From the NCBI RefSeq assembly GCF_009914755.1, contig NC_060934.1: a stretch of 64,000 nt of DNA, one strand, 5' to 3'. The stretch is from the human T2T-CHM13v2.0 reference genome, Homo sapiens. The first letter of the stretch is position 1; the number at the start of each line of letters is the position of its first letter. Shown in pieces: positions 33,379-50,851 of the stretch. The position numbers and the translations under genes are program-made. The notes under the pieces are model-generated. The model saw nothing but the letters and a program-made list of their open reading frames with translations, had not been told where the DNA came from and searched no databases.

Positions 33379-34518
33379 AAACTTGGTGTTTTTAAAGCAC
33401 TTTTACATTATTGTCTAGATAAAGAGATGCCACTCTTCTACAAATTGGTACTTACGAATTTATTTTGAGGATCTGTTCGGCTTTAGTCCACAAACCAATA
33501 TGCCACAAACTTTTAATTCTTTATCCCAAAAAGGGGGCTACAATGCATAGATGATTTACCAGTCGCCCTCATGCTATGTAGCATGTGCTCATACGTCATG
33601 TCGAAAGTACCACAAACTGGAAAAGGAATCAATTCCTTTTTTTCTTGGCTTGGAACAGGGAGAAGCAAAAACTGGTAGAAAAGTCTGACATCACCTCTTG
33701 GGCCTGACCCTCCATAGCCACAAAACAAGTTGGCCAGGAATCCAGGTAGAATCTGCAAAAGCAGACTCCAGGTCTCACACTGGCCTGGCAATAAAGTCTT
33801 TAGGATGTTAATAGAGGTTGAGTGAAAGTGAAATGAAGGACCATATTGTCTCCCAACCAACGTAGTATCCTAATGATTCTGTAGAGCAGGATGAATCTAA
33901 ATCTAAATGTGGATTTCAATAGAATTCCGCAACAGCCATCCCTGAAGCTCCTTCTACAGGATCCTACCTAGGGCTGTGGGCTATTTCTGTATCTGTGGTT
34001 TCTGCTTTTCTTCCCCATCTTACTCTACAGCTATGACCAAGCCTTTCTGATAAACCCGGGCCGGTGGGGGAGGGGGGAGGGTGGAGTTAAAGGGTGGCAG
34101 GAAAAGGACAGCTTGAAGGACAACCTATTAACTAGAGTGCACCTCAGTTACATTTGGCCTTGGGATCTGGAATAGCTTCGCTTTCCTCAAGAGCCAGAGC
34201 ACCTCTTGTGTCCCAGCATGTCCCAGAGCACTGTGTCAGTTTCTTATCACAGTGCCCACTGTTCCTGGTGTTCCCGTGAAACCTCTGGAACACCAAGATT
34301 TTTTGGCTTCTTTTTGTTCTTGCTTCTTGGGACTCTTCTTTACCTTAAGGAGAAAGCACAATAAGAAGAAAGAGTAAATGGCCCACTGGCCTCAAACATT
34401 CATATCCAAGAATCAGTTCTATTCATCAGTATTTATGATGGACCATGCAGGAGTGAACTAGGAATGAGCTGAACCATGCCCCAGGGCCATGATGCTGGAA
34501 AACCATAAAAATCTGGTA

Positions 34519-34813
34519 GGGCAGGGTGTGGTGGCTCACACCTATAATCTCAGCCCTTTGGGAGGCCAAGGCGGGAGGATCACTTGAGGCCAGGAGTTCA
34601 AGACCAGCCTGGGCATCAAAGCGAGACCTCATCTCTTCAAAAAGTAAAAATAAAAATTAGCTGGGCATTGTGGCATGAGGCTGTAGTCCTAGCTACTCAT
34701 GAGGCTGAGACTGGAGGATTATTTGAGCCTAGGAGGTTGAGGCTACAGTGAGCCATGATTGCACCACTTCGTTCCAGCCTGGGCAACAGAAAGACCCTGT
34801 CTGGGGGAAAAAC
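34519..34813 (+). mobile_element. AluJ
   Basis: Dimer, TSD aatctggtagg. Confidence 0.9.
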
Positions 34814-35032
34814 AATCTGGTAGGCTTCCAGACCAAAAGTAACTTTTGTAGTTCGAACAAGGGCAAGAGCCCTGAATGGTAAGAGGAAAGAGTTCCATGT
34901 GGCTCTTTACCATTCTGAGATTAAGCCAAAAATGAAGATGTCAACTTAAAACAGGATATATTTGATTAACAAATGGTTTCATGGATAAAAATTAAATGAT
35001 TCCGTAAGGGATATTCCCTTGGAACTTCAAGT

Positions 35033-35068
<36 letters not shown>

Positions 35069-35114
35069 CCTGAGCGTTTGAGGACTATCAAAGAAAATCA
35101 GAATGAAAGAGATA

Positions 35115-35519
35115 TGTATCAGTACATTCTTGCATTGTTACACTGTTATAAAGAAATACCTGAGACTGAGTAGTTTATCAAGAAAAGAGATTTAATTGGC
35201 TCACAGTTCTGCAAGCTGTACAGGAATCATGGTGTTGGCATCTGGCTTCTAGGGGAGGCCTCAGGAGACTTACAGTCGTCTAGGAAGGTGAAGGGAAAGC
35301 AGGCATATCATACATGGCTGGCACTGGTGCGAGAGAGAGGTGGGAGGTGCCACACATGTTTAGACAACCAGATCTTATGAGAAGTCTTATCATGAGAACA
35401 GCACCAAAGGGGAAAATCTACCCCTATGATCCAATCACCTCCTACCAGGCCCCACCTCCCACACTGGGGCTTACAATTCGACATGAGTCTGGCCAGGGAC
35501 ACAAACTCAAACCATATCA
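35115..35519 (-). mobile_element. MaLR solo LTR (MSTA/MSTB-type)
   Basis: tgtatcagt...caaaccatatca termini, perfect TSD AGATA. Confidence 0.9.
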
Positions 35520-35558
35520 AGATAGAACACTGTAAACAAAGTGAATATGGGAAAAACT

Positions 35559-35889
35559 GGCCGGGCGTGGTGGCTCACACCTGTAATCCCAGCACTTCGG
35601 GAAGCCGAGGCAAGCGGATCACCTGAGGTCAACAGTTCAAGACCAGTATGGCCAACACGGCAAAACCCCGTCTCTACTAAAAATACAAAAGTTAGCCGGG
35701 TGTGGTGGCATGCGCCTGTAGTCCCAACTACTTGGGAGGCTGAGGCAAGAGAATCACTTGAACCCGGGAGGCAGAGATTGCAGTGCGCCAAGATCGCACC
35801 ACTTCACTCCAGCCTGAGTGACAGAGCAAGACTCTGTCTCAAAAAAAAAAAAAAAAAAAGAAAAAAAGAAAAGAAAAGAAAAAAGAAAA
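35559..35889 (+). mobile_element. AluS
   Basis: Dimer, TSD tga(a/g)tatgggaaaa. Confidence 0.92.
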
Positions 35890-36174
35890 TGAGTATGGGA
35901 AAACCTTACCATTTGCTCAAGTCCCAGAGAATATGAAAGAATCTATATCACAGAAAAGCTTCTTGACTTTAACAGCGAGTTAGTTTGTGTCGTGCATGTG
36001 GCAGATATTAAACTGTGTTGATGAGTTTGGTTTGAGGACGTTTACAGTGGAAGACCACCCAGGAAATGACTTGTCTTGGGCTTTAATGGGGGGTAAATAC
36101 AGAGAAATATTTACTTAGGTGTAGCATTTACTTTGGTATATAGCAAATGCCTATTAATAAGCACTTACTGTATA

Positions 36175-36776
<602 letters not shown>

Positions 36777-37567
36777 ACACCCAATACTAGCCTGGCCTGG
36801 TGCAATCCATTTTCTGTAATCCCGTTACCTTAAAGAATGGCGCTCTTACCCTTGTTTTAGCCATGTGAACTTATGCTTAATGAGACTAAAGAATTTGCCC
36901 AGGCCACTCACCTAATAAATGGCAGAATCAACATCCAAATCCAGGTCCACTTAAAATCCCTTGTTCTTGAACCCATATGAATGAAATTAATATGGAGAAT
37001 ACCTTCCACATTGTAGACACACTGCAAGCTGAAGTGAGACCAGGGAATCAGAAGTGACATTGTCACTGGCCTCTTTGGTTTAGCATCCTGGGGTCTTTTA
37101 TCTTGGCTACATCTGTCCCCCGCATCCCTTGACTGTACTCTAATTTTAGAAATATAGTTCCTGAAGTAAAGCTATTGAGGAATAGGTATCTGCTGCTCTT
37201 GTTTCCTAGTTCTATAAAGCTAATTCCCATATAAACCACATCTAATGGTAGCATCATTGGTTACAGGAGGTGAGGCAAGAAAGGAGGCACGTTCCAACTT
37301 AACATCTTAATCTAAGAGCATAAAATTATTACCTGTGGTCTCTGGAATTATACACCAATTTCCACCACCACTTTAATTTCTTTTTCCTTTTTCAGTCCCC
37401 TCTTTCTGCTACTCAGATGATTGAAAAGTGATAAAAAGTTGGTAGAAGTCATAAGATTTTCTATGGGGTCTTCTGTCGAGTCAGGCATTAAAAATGTGTC
37501 TTACATTGATGAAAAACTATATGTGATGCTTAAACTCTGTATCTTCCAAGGAATAAAAGAAACATCT

Positions 37568-37980
<413 letters not shown>

Positions 37981-38035
37981 CTACTAATGGAAATTGTATT
38001 TCTAGTGGTAAAACTGAGTTTGATGAAGACTACAT

Positions 38036-38142
38036 CCTTAGGAGGCTGAGGGGGGAGGATTACTTGAGGCCAGGAGTTTGAGGCCAGCCTGGGCAACACA
38101 GCAATACCCTGTCTCTACAAAGTTTTTTTAAAAAAAATAAAA
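38036..38142 (+). mobile_element. Alu fragment
   Basis: Partial monomer. Confidence 0.7.
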
Positions 38143-38441
38143 TGTAAAAACTTTAAAATATTTTTAAGATTACATCTCACTAAAAAGTGCACCTTGCTTT
38201 AGTGCTGGGTACAGTATAAAACAGTGTGGCCCATTTGGACAGTAGTTTAGAATAAAAATTTAAAAGTCTTAATAACTCACGTCTGACACATGCTACCTCT
38301 GGGACTCCATCCTAAGAAAATAATTCTAAGTAGAAAGAGGCTTTTGTACAAACATTTTTCAAAGCAGAATATTTTTCATACTGAATAATGTTGTGAACCT
38401 AAGTATCAAAGAAGGGTGAATGGTGAATGGTTGAGGGAGTC

Positions 38442-38814
<373 letters not shown>

Positions 38815-38932
38815 AGAGATGAGGTCTCACTTTGTTGCCCAGGCTGGTCTCAAACTCCTGGGCTCAAGTGATGCTCCCACCATGCCCTCCCAAAGTGTTG
38901 GGATTTACAGGCATGAGCCACGGCACCTGGCC
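38815..38932 (-). mobile_element. Alu left monomer (FLAM/AluJ)
   Basis: Antisense monomer. Confidence 0.82.
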
Positions 38933-39068
38933 TTTTAAAAAAATATATATTTTTTGCTTTTTCATTTTTTTATGTTTAATATTGGATGAAATGCAATATG
39001 TTATGATTGTAGCTCTGGAAGTAAACTTTATATACTTAAGAACATTTCTAGAAAAAATAGAAACATCA

Positions 39069-39461
<393 letters not shown>

Positions 39462-39639
39462 TTAACTCCACCTCATGTCTATTGTGCCTATATCCAGAAT
39501 TTGGTTTTCCTTTCCCAATCTGCAAATTGTGACTAGACCATAGTAACATCAGGGATCTTAAGTCAGTCTTAACCCAGACAAGAGGCAGGTAGAACAAATT
39601 AACTTCGGAAAATTTGGAAATGAAAATGGGTTCTCTCTA

Positions 39640-40079
<440 letters not shown>

Positions 40080-40148
40080 TTAAAAGGAATATCACATGAA
40101 AAACTATGTTACTTTGTATATATCATGTATATAAGAAATACATAGAAG

Positions 40149-40474
<326 letters not shown>

Positions 40475-40627
40475 TATATAGAAGCAATCCACTTGCCCAT
40501 AATGGGAAAGAAATACAATACCACTTAGAACAATACCATTTTCACCATTTCTGAGCTTACCTGTTTCTTTCATCTTGTGGATAAATAGGTATTAGCTAAA
40601 GAGAGAATAAATGCTTATCTGTAAATT

Positions 40628-40946
40628 CTTTTGGTTTGATTTGTTTTTTTCTTTTTTTTGAGACAGGGACTGACTTTGTCCCCCGGGCTGGAGTGCAGTC
40701 GCGTGATCATGGCTCACTGCAGCATAGACCCCCTGGGCTTAAGTGATCCTCTTGCCTTAGCCTCCCAAGTTGTTGGGAGTATAGGTGCCTGCCACCACAC
40801 CTAGCCTAATTTTTGTTTTTGATTTTTAGTGAGAAGAGGTCTTGCTATGTTGCCCAGGCTGATCTTGAACTCCTAGGGTCAAGCAATCCTCTTGCCTTGG
40901 CCTCACAAAATGCTGGGATTACAGGCATGAGCCACCACTCCTGGCC
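40628..40946 (-). mobile_element. AluJ
   Basis: Antisense dimer, TSD ttatctgtaaa. Confidence 0.9.
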
Positions 40947-41576
40947 CTTTATCTGTAAAATTTCAAAGCATCAAATAAGGAAAGAGATCTTAATTAATAT
41001 CTTTAGTAGCTGAACAAACTCAAGTAGGAGAAATAATAGAAGAAAAAGTCATTGCTTTCATAATTCGTTGCAGCCATGAATGAGAGTTGCTATAGTTGTA
41101 GCATATTTTCCCCGGCTCTTTTCTCATTCAATGATTGTACCTTTCGGAATTATGTCTTTAATGATTAATTAATTAAAGTAGATGTTTGGGGTAGCAAGGC
41201 AGTGACTAAGTCCTTTCCACTGAAACGGAAGAACTGGGGATTTTATTCATGTTTGTGTTTCCTGATTTACAGTTGCTACAAGCGCCAATGTTGAAAACAC
41301 ATATTTCCGTGGCTCTTCTTCACCTTCATTACTTGTAGTGCTTTCAAAGAGAACAATGGCCTTTTTCTAGTTCAGAAATGGGTGTTATGTAGCTCACAGC
41401 TGGGAGATTTCAAGTGTTTTGAATACGAACAAGCTGTTTTGTGATAAAGAACCAGTGCAGAGGGGAAACCAACAATGATTACAGTAGTTATTCAGTATGT
41501 CTTTGTGTTTGAGGGAAAAAGGAGGGACAGTGTTGTTTTGCTCTTATTTTTTTCCCTCTTCCTTTTCCCACTTTAG

Positions 41577-41699
41577 ACAAAGCCCGTTGCATTTGCGGTT
41601 CGGACAAATGTCAGCTACAGTGCGGCCCATGAAGATGATGTTCCAGTGCCTGGCATGGCCATCTCATTCGAAGCAAAAGATTTTCTGCATGTTAAGGAA
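41577..41699 (+). CDS. CACNB2: CaV beta-2 exon 4 (123 nt, SH3 N-part): [41 protein letters not shown]
   Basis: Polypyrimidine tract ...cccactttag acceptor, GAA|gtaagg donor, phase 0-0, open frame. Confidence 0.97.
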
Positions 41700-42557
41700 G
41701 TAAGGAGAATAATTTCATTTTCTAACAGCATGATGTTTCACCTTGACATACCATTTCTTATTTCCTATTCATATGCCGTTTCTGTGAAGTAGCATTGCAC
41801 ATCGCTGCAGTTGTATAACACACATAACTAAATCAATGGCTCTCAACCTCTGCTAATATAAATATACCTTTTAAAGTGGAAAGAAGTCACAGGCCTCTTG
41901 CAATAACTTCAGCGCTCCCTGGGGCTCTGTGGCCCAGAAATTGGGAACTGCTAGAGTAGATGATCCTTTTTTATGCTTAACCTATACTTTTTTTTAATGT
42001 TTCACCTTGACTAGGTGTAGTTTTTCCTGATGCCTGAAGTCTAGGCATCTGGGGAGGGTTTAATAATAATATCTAGAATTCATGACTCTTCTCTCTGCTG
42101 ACAGTGTCTCAATTCAAACTACTGATGACCTTTTTCCTCCTTAAATGCTAAATTTCTGCAGTGGGTGAGAGAATGGTAAGAATTGACACCAATAAGGCAA
42201 CAAAGAGGTATCAGGAAAAGTCCTTTTCCTACATGCTAAATGTCTCCACCTTCTAGTGAGCAATGACACAACCTGCAAATTGGAAACTTTCATCCTTAAT
42301 TAAGGTTTGTTTGGAGTCAACATTTATCAAATGCCTGCCTTGTGGAGCACTGTGTAAACTGACCAGAAATTTCCCCTGTAGAATATTCTCAGTGTGTGAT
42401 CCTGAGGTTTTTCTTGGACCTGAAGGAATTTATACTTGGAGCTCTTCCATCTAGGGTATATATAATATGTCATAGGAAGTATGTGTAAATCGAAACTCTT
42501 CACTGCACTAAAGGCTGTCAGCAAAGGAGTTGATAACTGCCGATTAAAAGAACCTAG

Positions 42558-43006
<449 letters not shown>

Positions 43007-44085
43007 TTTGGAAGGCCGAGGAAGGCAGATCTCTTGAGCCCAGGAGACCAGCCTGGGCAACAGGGTAAAACCCCATCTCTAAAAAAAAAAAAAAAAAAAA
43101 ATTAACCTGGTGTGGTAGCATACACCGGTAGTCCTAGCTACTCAGGAGGCCAGTGGATTGATTGAGCCTGGAAATTCAAGACAGGAGTGAGCCAGGATCA
43201 TGTCACTGCACTCCAGCCTGGGCGACAGAGCAAGACCCTGTCTTGATTAAAAATAGAAGAGCCTAGAGAATTTAGAGCCTACCATTTTGGTAACCTCTGA
43301 AAAGAGATGTCAAATACTGGCTAGGTGGGAACAATAGAAAAAGTTATCAGCTGTGCCTAGAATCTCACTTTACACCAGGAAGTTAGATTATTATGAGGTC
43401 TCTTCTTGATGATTGATGCCGAAAGGGGGATCTTTCCACCATGAAAGGAAAAGAAAAACAGAATGTATATTCTTCTTCGACGTGTTCAAGGACAGATTTA
43501 TTCAATCGAGGAAAAAGAAGGCAAATCACAAAGATTTAAGATACATATTCCACCTGCAAGACATAAATTGTCAACATCACACAAGTAGAGAAATCATCTG
43601 TGAACATCGCATTGTATATTTATAAAACTGTTTGCACAAAGGTAAATTGTCCTGTGACATGAAATATTTAAGGTACACTTCAATATTTATCTCTTTCTCT
43701 CAATAATTCCAATTGGTCTGATTATATAAGGGGAAGATTTCTGTAACAGTACTTCCTAAAGATCTCTTGGTAGGATGGGCTGTTATTCTTTGAACCCAGA
43801 GAGCTTATCCCTACTCATGGTGACAGCAGCTGCTGCAAGGGAATTCAGCCTGGTCCTACGGCAGCACCAGGACAGACAAGGAACGCAGAGCCTTTGATAG
43901 ATTGCTGAGGACGCTAAATGCATTTCTTACATGTGAAACCCATGAGCCGAAGGGTTTCTTGAATGATAATATTTAAGGCATAGTTAATGGTCATTGCCAT
44001 ATTTCTCTCGACTGAAAATAGTGTGGAAGAACAAGGATTTGACCTTCTGTGCACTGATTTTTAATGCTTTTGATTTTGTGTTTAG

Positions 44086-44222
44086 AAATTTAACAATGAC
44101 TGGTGGATAGGGCGATTGGTAAAAGAAGGCTGTGAAATCGGATTCATTCCAAGCCCAGTCAAACTAGAAAACATGAGGCTGCAGCATGAACAGAGAGCCA
44201 AGCAAGGGAAATTCTACTCCAG
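44086..44222 (+). CDS. CACNB2: CaV beta-2 exon 5 (137 nt, SH3): [45 protein letters not shown](S)
   Basis: ttttgtgtttag acceptor, AG|gtatga donor, phase 0-2, SH3 WW motif. Confidence 0.97.
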
Positions 44223-45300
44223 GTATGAGACAGATGTCAAGTGTTTGCATAAAACTTAGATTATACCACTATCTGTGTACTGTTGTCTGCTGTATTCTGT
44301 ATCCTTTATTATGTATTAACAAGGAGGCTGGTAATATGGTTTATTGATAGCATCACAAATCTTGCATTTTCCTGCATTTAAAAAACTTCAGTCCAGCACC
44401 TGATTTTCACCCTATTTGGGAAAGTGTCAAATTATTATCATTAATGAAAAGAGCTAAGGTCATAGAGTATTAAATTCAGGCTCCAGTGCAGAGGAAAATC
44501 TGAAACCTTAATCATTTACTGAAAAATAGTCTGGCACATCATAGCCCTGGTGACTAATCCCACTGTCTGTAGCTGCCTGGTATGGCTGGGAGATGTTTGA
44601 GAGATGACATTCTCAGACATCATCAGGCAGTGGCAGCTCTTGTCATCCGTTAGTTTCATTTTCACCTGAGAAACTCAATTTTCAGTTCTACCCACTGTTA
44701 AGCACTTAAAGAGAAGCGAAGTATGAAACAAGTTAAAACTGCCTGTGCAGATGGCAATTAGATGAGTTATGTAAGAAGCTGGGGCTGAATAATCCCTCCT
44801 AGGATTTGTGAGGTTGTCTGTCCCTCTCTGAAAGAATCACTAGAAAGACTTCTCGTAGATGTACTGAATTTTCCATGGAATCGTATGCAGACGGGTCTAA
44901 GGACGCAGCATGCCTCTCCCAATGTGAAAGGATGGGACATGGGCAAGGCCTTTCTTAAATACGAATCGCTGGATTTCTCTTTTCTCCATCTTACATCTTA
45001 TTTGTTTATCTAAGATGCAAATCCCTTTGTCAGTGATAATACTTTACTGTGAGCAAGTATTTTTTTCAAGCATCAGCAGATGAGTGAAACAGAATATGCT
45101 TTGTGGTTTGGAACACCCATCCTCATTAACTGGCTTTTCATAATTGTCAAGTTCATTTAGTTCAGACGGATTCCTCTGTGTTTTGAGACCTCCACCCCAG
45201 AACTGACTTTCATTAATTCCTGGGTTATTGAGAGCACTCAGATGGTGAGATGCATTCAGTCATATAAAAGTAGAGGCATGCATAAAAAAGAACAAAGATT

Positions 45301-45592
45301 GGCCGGGCATGGTGGCTCATGCCTATAATCCCAGCACTGGGAGGCCGAGGCAGACAGATCACCTGAGGTCAGGAGTTCAAGACGAGCCTGGCCAACATGG
45401 TGAAACCCCATCTCTACTAAAAATCCAAAAATTAGCTGGGCATGGTGGCGGGAGCCTGTAATCCTAGCTACTCGGGAGGCTGAGGCAGGAGAATTACTTG
45501 AATCTGGGAGGTGGAAGTTGCAGTGAGCCCAGATTCGTGCCACTGCATTCCAGCCTGGGCGACAGAGTGAGACTCTATCTCAAAAAAAAAAA
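45301..45592 (+). mobile_element. AluS nested in L1
   Basis: Dimer, TSD aaaaagaacaa. Confidence 0.9.
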
Positions 45593-45683
45593 GAACAAGA
45601 TCATGTCTTTTGCAGCAACATGGATGGAGCCGGAGGCCATTATCCCAAGCAAACTAACACAGGAATAGAAAAGCAAATACGGG

Positions 45684-46006
<323 letters not shown>

Positions 46007-46585
46007 TTACTTATAAGTGAGAGCTAAACATTGAGAACATACACCAGGAAGGGAACATAAGACACTGGGGACTACTTGAGGGTGGAGGATGGGAGGAGGG
46101 TGAGGATCAGAAAAACCACCTCCTGGGGCATTATGTTCATTATCTGGGTGACAAAATAATCTGTACACCAAACCCCTGTGACATGCAGTTTACCTGTGTA
46201 ACAAACCTGGACATGTACCCCGAAACTAAAAGTAAAAAAAGAAAAAAAAGTTGCCTGTAAAGATTACCCTCTTAGGATTAAAATACTTTACTCTGAATTA
46301 AGTTATCATTATCATTAGCAGCAGTAAATTATTCATTAGACCAACATACATATAATGCATATTTTGATATGCAATATTAAATATTAAACTTTTGTTGAAA
46401 ATGCATTTCTTAATGAGAAAAAAAAGTAAAGGCATGCAGATGAACAGTGCATGTGCATTCTGCCTGCAGGGTGTTTGAAGACCCGATAGGATTCTTTCAA
46501 TCCTTAATGTTCCATTGGCCTTATTTTGTGTTTTCCTACCCTCTGTATTGAAAATGGTATCATAATACTAGCTAATGAAACCTTA

Positions 46586-46878
<293 letters not shown>

Positions 46879-47439
46879 ACCACCTTATATGGAAACATTT
46901 TGTTTTAATAGGGTGTAGACATTGCTCCTGTCAACTAGGTAGTATATCGTTTGTTGAGGTTTGAAGTTATCCCAGCTGGGGGTGTTTTGTTTTTAGTTAG
47001 GACAATTCAGCATTTTTCAGAATTTTCTTGTCAAATGACTTGAGAAAGGGGTTCCAAGATGAAATAAATTAAGGATAGTTCTAGGTAATAGAAAGTTACT
47101 TCAGGATTTTTTTATAGCCTTTTAATGTCATCATGTACACTGTGAATCTCTGGTGGAATGGGAATTTTTTTAAGTATAGTATTTACTAAAATTGCTTTCT
47201 CATAAAAACTCCCCTGGTTCATGTCTTAGGAATAGTGTTTTGTAGAATACATTTTGGAAAATTTGGGATGGATTTTTGCAGAGGCAGGCTTGTGTGTCTT
47301 TCTTTGCCTCTTCATATAGAAACTGAGAAATGAGAACAACTTCAAAGGGAGTAGAAATCTTTCCCAAAATTGTTTGAGAAATGTAGTCTCCTGTGTCTCC
47401 CAAATGGGCTTGCCTAGGCTAACATTAGTGCTCCACTCA

Positions 47440-47610
47440 TCTTTGTAAGGACCTGTGGGAGCAGTGGGTATTAGATCTTACAGGTCACAGATGAGAAAAC
47501 AGGTTAAGAGAAGTTAGGGAACTTGATCGAGGTCGCAGAGCTAGTAAGCGTCAGAACCAAGATGGTAGCCTGACCTCCACGCTGTACAGACTTCCATGCT
47601 GCACTGCAGA
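47440..47610. mobile_element. MIR fragment
   Basis: acagatgagaaaacaggttaagagaagttagggaacttg..gaggtcgcagagctagtaag. Confidence 0.65.
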
Positions 47611-47783
47611 TTAAGGAGCCAGGTCTTGCCTGGCACAGCAAGCCCAGGACAGATGGTTATTGCCATCTGTTATTATTTACTTTATTAGATATGTTGTTTT
47701 GCTCTTGCATTTTTTCCCTTAGGACTCTGAGTTATCCGTATTTGAGGGAATGTAACATCTCAGAACTTACTCCAGAGAACTAG

Positions 47784-48228
<445 letters not shown>

Positions 48229-49741
48229 TAAATGTAGTTTTGTTTTGAGGACATAACCAGAATCCGGCAGTCTTTAAAAACTCTGATACAGAAATTAGAA
48301 AAATTGACAGAACTCAATGGAAATGGAATTGGGGTACCGTTCAAGAACTTGGCATTTTAATAGAATTAAAAGTCAAGGACAAATCTGCATCCTGGTCATT
48401 GTCACCATTTGCAGCATTTGTCACAATTTTACATAAATAATATTTTGGCTGTTACTAAAATTCAAAGGGAATATAAAACCCATGAACTTAAACTGAAATT
48501 AGACTTAATACTTCAGAAAAAAAAAAAAAACTTCTGGGGAAAAAAATGTTTTGGTCTTGGTAATAGGTCCTTGTATAACTGCCAGAAACTGCTTCTATAG
48601 ATATCACTTGTCATTAATTTCACATACTGTCTGATGCCCTTATTAAATGTATTTGAGTATCTCTTAAGAACCTTAAAAAGATATACAGCCCTCCTGCTAA
48701 TTGCCTAATAAAGTTTTTGATGTTTATGCATTAAAATGCTAGAACAGTAGCAATAACATTCAGCCTGTTACTGATACTTTAATAAAACTTTTATTTCCAT
48801 ATTAATATTTACGTAAGTAAATATTGCCCTTTGATGCATAAACACTGTAGCAAATTCTTTCAACTAGACCCTGGCTCGGCCATAATAATAAACATTAGGC
48901 AGTGAGATCATTTTGCCCAAATGTAAAATGTTCTTCTTATCTTCATCTGAGAGAGGGGTCATTCGGTAACACGTTATTTAGCATGCTAGTAGGCTGGTGA
49001 AAAACACAAATGCTGTTGTTCTAATATTAACTCCAATGTTTCTGAGACACTGCAGTATATCATATCAAACTTTCAAATTTGGTAGTTCGGAAATGTATGA
49101 TCTTCAAATTATTCCTAAATTAACCACGTTTCATTCTCCACGTGAGTCACGCTTGAGAAGTATTCTGGGTACTATCTGATGGCTACATCATATCATATTC
49201 TGTTTAGTCATGTTTCTTCGTGTGTCCGTTAGTGGTTGGCAAGTTTTCATATGGCTCTGTTGTTCTTTGATAGATTGCTCATGAAAGCGTGAGTGCTTTC
49301 AATCTTAGTGTACTATTAATAAAATAAGCCTAAAACAGAGGAGCTGAAACCAAACAAGAAGGAAATATTAATCTTGGGTGTTAGCCTTAAGGTTCTATGC
49401 ATCGCCTCTGAGGGTCTCTAAAATAAAAAGCAAAATAAATCTGTGCTATTTCACTGTCTGTGATCTGGGCAAGTAACTTGGGGGCTGCAGAAATTACACT
49501 GGTTCTCTTCCATTCTCTCAGGTCCTTTTAAAATTAAACCTTGAATTTGAAATCAGAGACCATCATGTGGCTATTTCAAGTACTCCAGGAATCTCCACTG
49601 GGAAATATTGTTTTCCTCCTTAAATGAAAGATAAATTTAAAGTTGAATAAAACCATAATGAATTATGTTTACTGAATAATATAAATGTTTGAGGATGCGA
49701 AATAAGTGTCAGATTTAATAGAAATTTTTGCTTTACTCCAG

Positions 49742-49818
49742 TAAATCAGGAGGAAATTCATCATCCAGTTTGGGTGACATAGTACCTAGTTCCAGAAAAT
49801 CAACACCTCCATCATCTG
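49742..49818 (+). CDS. CACNB2: CaV beta-2 exon 6 (77 nt, HOOK): (S)[25 protein letters not shown]
   Basis: ctttactccag acceptor, G|gtaagt donor, phase 2-1, continues exon 5 frame. Confidence 0.96.
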
Positions 49819-50064
49819 GTAAGTAGGTGATAAATGCTGAATAATACATACTGCATTTCATGCTTTCCCCAGCTCTATCCAGTTTTGTGAATTTACGTAT
49901 ACACTGAATCACTATGTTAACCCTACAGATGTTAAAAAGAATCAGAAGTGAGCAACTCCTTTTGGAGTTACAAACAATATGGGGAAATGTTTTTTTCTGG
50001 CTGGAAAAAGAAGTATGTCAAAGTGTTTACATTGCTGTAGATGATCAAAGTGATTAATGTATGT

Positions 50065-50369
50065 ATTTATTTATTTATTTATTTTTTTGAGACAGAGTCT
50101 CACTCTATTGCCCACGCTGGAGTGCAGTGGCATGATCGCAGCTCACTGCGCCTCTGCCTCCAGGGCTCAAGTGATCCCCCCACCTCTGCTTCCCAAGTAG
50201 CTGGGACTACAGGTGCACACCACCATGCCCGGCTAATTTTTGTATTTTTTGTAGAGATGGAGTTTCACCATGTTGCCCAGGCTGGTCTCGAACTCCTGAG
50301 TTCAAGCGATCCACCTGCCTTAGGCTCCCAAAGTGCTGGGTTTACAGATGTAAGCCACTGCACCCAGCC
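50065..50369 (-). mobile_element. AluJ
   Basis: Antisense dimer with (TTTA)n tail. Confidence 0.9.
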
Positions 50370-50662
50370 ATATTAACCTTTAATCCCTAGTTCCTGCGAT
50401 GGTGCTTGTCATGGGCAGTAAATGGGTGAATACTTGCCAACAACCATAGCACAATGTGAGATATAACCTTAACATTAAACAGAAGGATAAAAACTTTAGA
50501 AAGGTAAGGAACAGAGGGTAAAGTGAAGATAGAGGATTGGCCTGTTGTGGGCTCTACCAGAAAAGTTCTGTGGAAGACACAGACAAGAAGTATAGAAAAA
50601 AGATGAAAATGTGTGTGGGAACAGTAACTACTGTTTTCTTTCCAAAGCAGTGGGTTCATCCT

Positions 50663-50850
50663 AATGGTTGCTGGATAAAATAAAGCACACCTACTTAAAT
50701 TTGAATTTCAGATAAACAATAATTTACTAGTTTAAGTACATATTGCATGGGGCATACTTACACTAAAAATGTATGGAACATACTTATGCTAAAACATTGT
50801 TTTAAATTCAAATTTAACTGCATTTATATTTGCTAAATCTGGGAACTCTC
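50663..50850. mobile_element. MER53 palindromic hAT MITE
   Basis: ggttgctggataaaata...aaatttgaatttcagataaacaa...gcatggggcatactta...aaattcaaatttaactg...tgctaaatctgg. Confidence 0.78.
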
Positions 50851-50851
50851 C

